Sequence record: MW349128.1
Length of the DNA: 64,000 nucleotides
DNA from: Staphylococcus phage Machias
Direction: 5' to 3' (one strand)
Shown here: positions 56,977 to 64,000 of the stretch, in pieces
Layout: each line of letters starts with the position of its first letter
How positions within the stretch are numbered: the first letter of the stretch is position 1
Made by a program: the position numbers and the translations under genes
The notes under the pieces: generated by a model
Seen by the model: the letters and a program-made list of their open reading frames with translations, nothing else
Told to the model about the DNA's origin: nothing
The model's database searches: none

Positions 56977-58255
56977 TATTTTTTGTAAAAGAATGATCTG
57001 ATACTTTTCTTAAAGTTATAAAGCTACTTAAGACTAATGCTTTACTAGCATTTTTAAACTCTTGATTAATTCCAAGAAGTTCATATATTCCATTATAGTG
57101 TTTATAGTAATCATTGAAGAATTCTATGTCAAATTGTTTAAATGTATCGTCTAATGTTATGTCTACATCATTTAATTGCATTCTTAATATTATATCTTTA
57201 CTATTATTAAATTCTTTCTTTAAACTGTAATCGTTATCAAATATATCATCATATACTTTAACTTTATTAATTTCTCCATTACGATCTTCTATTTTTCTTC
57301 TGTATGTAGATAACTTTGTTCCTTCATTTTCATTATCTATTCCAAACAGATTTATTTCAGATCCAACTAGTTCATTAAATAATCTTGTATTATCTACTAA
57401 ACTAACATTATTAATTTTAGTTATTATATTTTTATTTCTTATAGTATCATCTAATTGATTTATCTGTTCGTAACTACCCTCTATTATTTCTTCATCAGTT
57501 TGATTTGATGGAAACCTAACTTGTATATTAACTTTACCAATTGTATTAGGATCAAATCCTGACATGGGTAATATATTTAAACCTGTATGGTGATTAAATA
57601 ATTTTATTTCTCTGTCATATATTCCATAAACATCATCTATGAATTTAAGATTATCATATATATTTGCAGGTAATAACATTATCTGTTCATATATTTTATT
57701 ATTATCAACTTCATGAAAATATATATCTCTATTATTAAATTGAGATAACAAATCAGTAACTACTTCACTTACAGTACAATTATTGTATATACCAGATACT
57801 ATAGGTTTATTTGTTTTTAATATCTCTTCTGATATTGCAACCATTTCATATCTATCAAATAGATTTTTACGATTATCATCATCTTTAGTAATTCTATCAT
57901 CATAATCAATAATATTATTTAAATCCATTAAGGGTTTTAAAATTATTTCTTCATGAAAAGGAACATCTAATTTAACGTCTTCTGTATCATTAGTTGTCAT
58001 ATTAGAACTAAATGAAAATACAACTTTTTCTCTATCCGTATTTATTTTTATAATAGTCTCTTTAGGAGGTCTTAATATAAATCTATAATAAGGCATAATA
58101 TATTCTTGGAAGTTCATTTCAATTCTAGAACGTTTAACATATTGAGAAATATCTTCAGTTGTTCCATCAGAATATAATGCTATAAGTTTTATATTAAACA
58201 ATTTCTTACTTACTAAACTTTCTATCAACTCTTTTTCACCGACTTTCTTCTTCAT
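56963..58255 (-). CDS. hypothetical protein (430 aa)
   Basis: ORF only. Confidence 0.5.
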   Translation of the reverse strand: MKKKVGEKELIESLVSKKLFNIKLIALYSDGTTEDISQYVKRSRIEMNFQEYIMPYYRFILRPPKETIIKINTDREKVVFSFSSNMTTNDTEDVKLDVPFHEEIILKPLMDLNNIIDYDDRITKDDDNRKNLFDRYEMVAISEEILKTNKPIVSGIYNNCTVSEVVTDLLSQFNNRDIYFHEVDNNKIYEQIMLLPANIYDNLKFIDDVYGIYDREIKLFNHHTGLNILPMSGFDPNTIGKVNIQVRFPSNQTDEEIIEGSYEQINQLDDTIRNKNIITKINNVSLVDNTRLFNELVGSEINLFGIDNENEGTKLSTYRRKIEDRNGEINKVKVYDDIFDNDYSLKKEFNNSKDIILRMQLNDVDITLDDTFKQFDIEFFNDYYKHYNGIYELLGINQEFKNASKALVLSSFITLRKVSDHSFTKNNPNT

Positions 58256-58320
58256 ATCATTAATAAAATGATGTTATTGCTATACATGGATTTTTATAAA
58301 TTTACAAATGAATAATTAAT

Positions 58321-58334
58321 TATATATTATAATA
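58321..58334 (+). promoter_or_regulatory. early-type promoter-like motif TATATATTATAATA
   Basis: 22 nt upstream of the 58356 start. Confidence 0.35.
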
Positions 58335-58355
58335 CTGAAAGGATGTAGATAATCA

Positions 58356-59498
58356 ATGGATGTAGAAATAATTGAAAGAATAATAAATTCTAAAAAATTA
58401 AATTACAATAAAATGACGGAATTGGTTAGACCTTATATAGAGGGAGGAAGATTTAGAGGAAATACTAATAATAATAATGTAACCATTTATATAGACATTA
58501 ATAACGTTATTAAGCAATTATATTCACCTCAAGTTTCAGAGAATTTTACTCATTTAAAAACTAAAAATAGATTGAATTTAGTTGTTGAATTAGTAAATAT
58601 TATAGGACATTATAGACATTTCTTTGCAAGTAGATTAAATATGCATTCTAGATTCTTTTTATTCTATTCAGATAAAGAATCAATATATCACACTTCAGTT
58701 GATCCTGATTATAAAAAAGAATATTACAAGAAAATGAATGAAGATAATATAACTTATAGAGATATAAATAAGACTATATCAATAACATTAGAATTAGTTA
58801 AAACAATCGTAAAGTATATACCTAATGCATATTATATTGATACTTATAAAATAGAACCTACTATATTACCTTATTATATTATGGAAAAAACAACTATAGA
58901 TAATGAAAATGATTATTCTTTAATTGTAAGTAATGATAAAATATATAGACAATTATTAGATTATAAAGATAGACTACTACTTTTAGAATTAAGAGGATCT
59001 GAGAAGAGTAAAGTTATTTCCAAAGAAAATATAAAAGGAGAAATATTTAGTTCTAGCACAAAGAAAGATATTAATGATTTTATGAATATTGATTCTGGGA
59101 TCATAGATATTTTTAACTTATTTTCAGATCATAAGGATCAAGAATACAAATCTATATCTGGATATGGACCAGTAACTACAATTAAACTATTAGATAGAAT
59201 GATAGAAGATACAAAATTATCTCCTTTAAAAGAATATAATAATGAAACACTGTTAAGAGATACTTTTAAAGATTATTTAAAAGAAGAAAAATTAGAAGAG
59301 TTAATCAAACGCTTTAAGTTATTTGATCAAAAACACATTGTTGATGAAATTGATGGAAGTAAGATACAAAATATTTTATCTTCTCAAATAATAGATTTTA
59401 ATGACCCTTTAGAAATAAAAAGACTTAATGATGAATTATTTATAAATTCATTTATAAATATAGATTATTTATTTGAAGGAGAAATTAATAGAAACTAA
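58356..59498 (+). CDS. hypothetical protein (380 aa)
   Basis: RBS GAAAGGATG; no motifs. Confidence 0.5.
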   Translation: MDVEIIERIINSKKLNYNKMTELVRPYIEGGRFRGNTNNNNVTIYIDINNVIKQLYSPQVSENFTHLKTKNRLNLVVELVNIIGHYRHFFASRLNMHSRFFLFYSDKESIYHTSVDPDYKKEYYKKMNEDNITYRDINKTISITLELVKTIVKYIPNAYYIDTYKIEPTILPYYIMEKTTIDNENDYSLIVSNDKIYRQLLDYKDRLLLLELRGSEKSKVISKENIKGEIFSSSTKKDINDFMNIDSGIIDIFNLFSDHKDQEYKSISGYGPVTTIKLLDRMIEDTKLSPLKEYNNETLLRDTFKDYLKEEKLEELIKRFKLFDQKHIVDEIDGSKIQNILSSQIIDFNDPLEIKRLNDELFINSFINIDYLFEGEINRN

Positions 59499-59514
59499 AA
59501 AAAAAAACAAAAAT

Positions 59515-59547
59515 ATCCCATACACTCAATTATAGAGTGTATGGGAT
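59515..59547. terminator. bidirectional terminator, conserved hairpin family variant (ATCCCATACACTC...GAGTGTATGGGAT)
   Basis: 13-bp stem; A-run upstream and T-run downstream. Confidence 0.55.
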
Positions 59548-59567
59548 TTAAAATTATTTTTTTTTTT

Positions 59568-61313
59568 TTAATAATTTGATATAAATTGTGATACTTCAGA
59601 AATGAAATATTTTTTATCAATATCAGCAATTACTTCTTCTTCAGAATTTAAATCTTCAGGAGTATAACTAAACTTGTAACCATTAACTAATGCAATTCTT
59701 AATATGAAATTATCTTTTTCAGTAATATCATTAATAAATTTATATTTATCCCAAGCAGATACATAGTATTTGTCCGCAATAACATCTAATGATAATTTAC
59801 CCACATTCTTAGCTTTAGTTCCAGAAACTACTTTTGAAGCAACTATCTTACCTAAAGTATCCATATTATTTTCAATTAATTCTTTAGACATGATTGCTAA
59901 TAAAGATACAATACTCTTTCTATCATTTGTATTAACATCAAAATGCTCAGCAAAATAAACTTTAATTAAATGAGATTGTAAATCATTTATATAATCAAAT
60001 TTGTCATATAAATGCTTAATATATTCTTCACTGATATTTAATTCTTTTAATTTTTCAGTGATATAACGATCAATAGTTATTTTATTAGCAATATCTAATC
60101 TTTCATTTTGCTTAAAGAAATTATTCATTTGGAATTTATCAAAACCATCTTCATCATCGTCATCATCTGTAGTTAATTTAATTGATCTGAACTTAATAGG
60201 ATATTTGAATTGGAATTCATAATCTATTGAGAATTTGATAACAGAAGTGAAATAAGATACTGCAGAAGTATCAACTAATAATTTACATACAATTTGTCTA
60301 ATGATTTTATCCATTATTTTATTGATTACAGTGTCTGGATCTATAGAACGTAAATCTAAAAACTTCCACATAACTCTATCATTATATTTTGTTTTAATTA
60401 CTTTAGGTTCTACTATCTTATAAAGTTTATTATTATTAGCTACATTATAATCTAAAGATGTAATACACATACAGTAATTAAATGCTTTAAAATATCCATT
60501 CTTAGTTCTCTCTTTATCTTCATCTGTATTTTTACAATGATATTTATTAGTAAGAACATAGTACTGATTAATAAAAGGTATAATAAATCTTTGCAATAAT
60601 GCAGTTGCTAAAAATGATTTGTTAACTTGGTCCGTAACTTGTAAATCTTTTTTAATGATTTTTTTGCTTTGTAACATTGCTTCTGCATTTGTCTTATCTA
60701 AATCAATGGTATAATTATCATTAACGATAGTACAAACAACATTTCTTAAATCTTCATCTTCAATTAAATCTTGAATATCTTGAAAGAATTCTTCTTCACT
60801 ATATTCATCTTTTTTACTAAATATTTTTTGACAAATATTAGCACATTTTAATATGATATGTGGTATTTCATTAAATATAAAATTCATGTCATTAACAATA
60901 TACTCTAATATACTCTTATAAGAACGTTGTTTGATTTGGATTGTAAATATGTCATTAATATAATCAGTATTCAAATTAGGTTTGTTTAATATCTTATGTA
61001 CATTAATGAATAATGTGTCATTAGTATTATCAGCAAATTTTATTAATTCTTCAATATCATCTCGCTGAATGATTTTAGTTTCAATCTTCTTATTACCATT
61101 TTTCTGAGTAACTTCTTTCTCATAAGTTTCTAAGTCTATTGAATTGATATACTTATTTGTAAACTCAAAATTACCTTTAACCGGTTTTAATTTAAAAACA
61201 TTACTAGATAATAAAGGTGTTTCTTTCTTTTCTTCTACCTTTTCTTCTATTTCATTCAAATTTAAATCTTCTTCGCTTAAATCTTTTCTCTCTATGACTT
61301 TATTGTTTTCCAA
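59568..61313 (-). CDS. hypothetical protein (581 aa), TTG start
   Basis: RBS AAGGAGAG 8 nt upstream of TTG; early-type promoter motif upstream. Confidence 0.5.
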   Translation of the reverse strand: MENNKVIERKDLSEEDLNLNEIEEKVEEKKETPLLSSNVFKLKPVKGNFEFTNKYINSIDLETYEKEVTQKNGNKKIETKIIQRDDIEELIKFADNTNDTLFINVHKILNKPNLNTDYINDIFTIQIKQRSYKSILEYIVNDMNFIFNEIPHIILKCANICQKIFSKKDEYSEEEFFQDIQDLIEDEDLRNVVCTIVNDNYTIDLDKTNAEAMLQSKKIIKKDLQVTDQVNKSFLATALLQRFIIPFINQYYVLTNKYHCKNTDEDKERTKNGYFKAFNYCMCITSLDYNVANNNKLYKIVEPKVIKTKYNDRVMWKFLDLRSIDPDTVINKIMDKIIRQIVCKLLVDTSAVSYFTSVIKFSIDYEFQFKYPIKFRSIKLTTDDDDDEDGFDKFQMNNFFKQNERLDIANKITIDRYITEKLKELNISEEYIKHLYDKFDYINDLQSHLIKVYFAEHFDVNTNDRKSIVSLLAIMSKELIENNMDTLGKIVASKVVSGTKAKNVGKLSLDVIADKYYVSAWDKYKFINDITEKDNFILRIALVNGYKFSYTPEDLNSEEEVIADIDKKYFISEVSQFISNY

Positions 61314-61381
61314 TTAAGACACACTCTCCTTAGATAATTAATAAAATGATAAGTATATTTAAAATTATTATATTAAATACA

Positions 61382-61401
61382 TTTTTATAATATATATTTA
61401 A
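61382..61401 (-). promoter_or_regulatory. early-type promoter-like motif (minus strand) GTTAAATATATATTATAAAAAT
   Basis: Reverse complement of 61381..61402 matches the family 20-mer; about 65 nt upstream of the 61313 start. Confidence 0.4.
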
Positions 61402-61403
61402 CT

Positions 61404-62234
61404 TTATTTTCTCTTTTTGGTAGTCTTTACCTTTTTAACTTTTCCAATAGGTTTGGATTTACGATTGATTGGTTTTGTTTTCCTCTGCTGTTCTTGTCGT
61501 CTTTTATCTAATTGATTACTTATTTGCTTAGTTACAATATTTCTATTCTTTTCTTTTTGAGTATTTTGTTTTTTAATTCTATTGTATTCTTTTAACTTTA
61601 AATCTGAAGGCATAAAAGTTTTCTTAATTCTTTGTCTATTCGGTAATGTTAAATGTAAAGGATTTTTTAATGCTTTAGGATTTGTTTCTAAATACAATAG
61701 TGCAAAATAAACTGATTTTTCAAAACCGTATTCATGTCTAGGGTTTCTAACAACTGGAGCTTGAGTTAAAGCTTTTTTACCTAATTTATAACTCAACCAG
61801 CTAATAAGTAAATCATCTTTATTATATAAGTAACCGTATGTAAACATAAAGTTTGGAGAGTTACTTATAAATCTTATTAAATAATTATTAAGATCTTTAG
61901 TTTTAGCTGCTTTTTCATTAGGTGGTCTAAATTCTATGATTACGTCATAATGTAATCCATCTTTAAAGTAATCTTCTGAAGGTATTTGAAAATAGAAATA
62001 ATAGTTTTCTTGATGAAGAAATATCTTTAATTTAAAACTTCTTTTATTTTTCTTATATAAATAAGAAAATCTTGTTCTCATATCTAAAATAATACGATCA
62101 CGTCTAGCTACAGTGGCTGATCCCTTTCCTGTAGGGTTTTTAAGGAATTGAGAAGCTGTCATATTAACCAATAAAAATTCCTCCTTATTTTCTACTACAT
62201 TTTTAATTATAACAAAACTTTTATAAAAAAGCAA
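61404..62234 (-). CDS. hypothetical protein with a strongly basic C-terminal tail
   Basis: ...RRQEQQRKTKPINRKSKPIGKVKKVKTTKKRK; RBS AAGGAGGAAT. Confidence 0.45.
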   Translation of the reverse strand: MLFYKSFVIIKNVVENKEEFLLVNMTASQFLKNPTGKGSATVARRDRIILDMRTRFSYLYKKNKRSFKLKIFLHQENYYFYFQIPSEDYFKDGLHYDVIIEFRPPNEKAAKTKDLNNYLIRFISNSPNFMFTYGYLYNKDDLLISWLSYKLGKKALTQAPVVRNPRHEYGFEKSVYFALLYLETNPKALKNPLHLTLPNRQRIKKTFMPSDLKLKEYNRIKKQNTQKEKNRNIVTKQISNQLDKRRQEQQRKTKPINRKSKPIGKVKKVKTTKKRK

Positions 62235-62300
62235 GTAAAAGTTTAATAAAAATCAAAATTTTAAAAATGTATATAATTTTAATTGATTTGCAAAAATAAA

Positions 62301-62334
62301 CCGAAACCATTAATTAAATTCATAATGGTTTCGG
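62301..62334 (-). terminator. terminator CCGAAACCATTA/TAATGGTTTCGG
   Basis: 12-bp perfect stem; T-run on the minus strand after the chaperonin gene stop. Confidence 0.5.
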
Positions 62335-62347
62335 TAGAGTTTAAATT

Positions 62348-64000
62348 TTAATCTTGTGGAATAATTAAAGAATTAGTTAAGAATTGGTTACTTAATGAAA
62401 TTAATCCAATAATACTAATTGTAGTTTCTAGTATTTTAATATCTGTTTCTACAGAGTTTATAATATCAGTTTCTGTATCATCTTCATATTCAGCAGTTTT
62501 AATATTATAAATTGCATCTTTACTAATACAAGTCTGAGTCATAGATTCTATTTCAGGTTTTTTAAATCTATTGAAGTTTTCTAATACTTTATGATATACT
62601 TCACGAGAAGAAATATCAATTAAGTCTAAGACTAATCTATCTAAATCAGATAATTTTTCTGTATCAATATTTTTGATAACTTTATTTACTGATAAATTTC
62701 CTCCAGATACATAACCAAATTTCAATGCTGATTTAGAAGCATGTACTGAATCCTCTACTAAATATTTACGAGAGATTTTTTCTGCTTGAGAAGATCCACC
62801 AACATATAACTTAGCAATTGCACTATTTAAAGAATTAGCTCTACGTTGTAATGTAGTAATTTCTCCAATAGCTTGTTCTGAATTCATATCTGCAAAATAA
62901 CTAATTTCATTATTTATTTCTGCAATACGATCTTTCAATCTTCTAGCACCAGTTTCAGTTTTATTACCATGACCTTCAATGATTTGAGTTTTAAAAGAAT
63001 CAATTAGAAATCTTTCAGTACGACCTACGTATTGTTGTTGGAATTCCATCCAATTTAATGGATTACTTCTAGAATCTTCTAATTTATCAACAATATTCTT
63101 TTTAAAATCTTCTGGATCAATTGTCATATCAATAACATTTGAACCTACATATATTGCAAGATCTTCTAATTCTTCAGGGTCTTTACTATAAGATGCTACA
63201 GATAATTCAAATTCAGCTTCAGCTGCCTTTAAACCTCCATTATTACGGTTAGCATTTAATAATACTTTTACCCAACTAATAAATTCTTTAGAAAAGCTAG
63301 GTGCAACAAATACTAAACCTTTACTAGAGAAAGGTTGTAAAGAAGTAACAATCTCACTACACCATTTAATGTCTTCTTCTTTTAGTTTATCATTAACTAC
63401 TACTACATGAGGTTTATTAAAATCAACTGAATGATTTTCTTTATCATTAATTAATTTATTATCTAATAACGCATTATTTTTCTCAATACCTTTAGTTAAT
63501 GAGTAGTAATCTTCTTCATTGTCTGAAATTTCAGGTGTAATAAAACCATTTTTACCTATTTGAGAAAAGATTTCGTAAACCATCTCACCTAATTTTTCAT
63601 CATTGTTGTTTGATACTGTAGCAATATTTTTTAATTTATAGAAATTGTCTTCATTAATTTCTATAGATTTATCTTTTAAACCTTCTGTAATTAAATCTTT
63701 CATGTTATTTAATGAATCGGAAATTTCTTTACGAGAGAAACCACCTAAATCATCTTTTTCTTTTAATCTAGCATTAATTTCTTTAAACATAGCTTGAGAA
63801 TTAATTACTGAAGAAGTAGATCCATCGCCTACAGTTTTAACTAGTGATAATGAAACTTCTTTAATGAAGTTTAATATCGCTGCAGCAATAGTATCTTGAA
63901 ATCTAATATTTTTTAAAATATTATATCCGTCTTTAGTCACAAATCTACTAATACCATCATCAAATATTGTAGTAGAACCATAATAACCTAAAGATTTCAT
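62348..64000 (-). CDS. GroEL-like chaperonin, C-terminal about 550 aa (N-terminus beyond window end)
   Basis: KTVGDGSTSSVINSQAM parallels the GroEL GDGTTTATVLA motif. GSTTIFDDGISRFVTKDGYNIL parallels [20 protein letters not shown], implying about 30 missing N-terminal residues. Confidence 0.6.
   Translation of the reverse strand: MKSLGYYGSTTIFDDGISRFVTKDGYNILKNIRFQDTIAAAILNFIKEVSLSLVKTVGDGSTSSVINSQAMFKEINARLKEKDDLGGFSRKEISDSLNNMKDLITEGLKDKSIEINEDNFYKLKNIATVSNNNDEKLGEMVYEIFSQIGKNGFITPEISDNEEDYYSLTKGIEKNNALLDNKLINDKENHSVDFNKPHVVVVNDKLKEEDIKWCSEIVTSLQPFSSKGLVFVAPSFSKEFISWVKVLLNANRNNGGLKAAEAEFELSVASYSKDPEELEDLAIYVGSNVIDMTIDPEDFKKNIVDKLEDSRSNPLNWMEFQQQYVGRTERFLIDSFKTQIIEGHGNKTETGARRLKDRIAEINNEISYFADMNSEQAIGEITTLQRRANSLNSAIAKLYVGGSSQAEKISRKYLVEDSVHASKSALKFGYVSGGNLSVNKVIKNIDTEKLSDLDRLVLDLIDISSREVYHKVLENFNRFKKPEIESMTQTCISKDAIYNIKTAEYEDDTETDIINSVETDIKILETTISIIGLISLSNQFLTNSLIIPQD

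Noticed and set aside
15724-59547. Possibility that the recurring CCCAATACCT hairpins are a CRISPR array or a MITE family
   Set aside because: Copies are kilobases apart with no regular spacing, always at gene ends with T-runs. They behave like terminators rather than CRISPR repeats. A mobile-repeat origin cannot be excluded.

Overview
AT-rich (roughly 25-28% GC) window that reads as part of a jumbo myovirus of the Bacillus AR9/PBS1-like lineage. The two SH3b(SH3_5)-bearing cell-wall hydrolases point to a Staphylococcus-infecting relative. The densest signal is group I self-splicing introns, recognised from recurring P, Q, R and S core elements (AATTGCTGAG / AATCAGCATC / GTTCAACGACTA / GATATAGTCT). 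There are two homing-endonuclease-bearing introns in a family B DNA polymerase gene. A minus-strand RNAP beta-like gene carries three introns, one with a frameshifted endonuclease. A second RNAP beta-prime C-terminal-like gene carries two very small introns separated by a 16-nt micro-exon. Other supported genes: an SbcC/Rad50-like ATPase fragment, an unsplit RNAP beta-prime C-terminal-like gene, an SF2 helicase, RNase H, dCMP deaminase, a GroEL-like chaperonin fragment, CHAP-SH3b and amidase_2-SH3b hydrolases, Ig-like, LamG-like and collagen-like virion-type proteins, a free-standing homing endonuclease, and a small tRNA cluster (one canonical tRNA-Asn plus two aberrant tRNA-like genes). Recurring non-coding signals are a conserved terminator hairpin family (about nine copies), an early-promoter-like 20-mer (about eight copies) and a roughly 650-nt structured non-coding region. 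All assignments are from motif reading of the six-frame track and the raw sequence; no searches were run.
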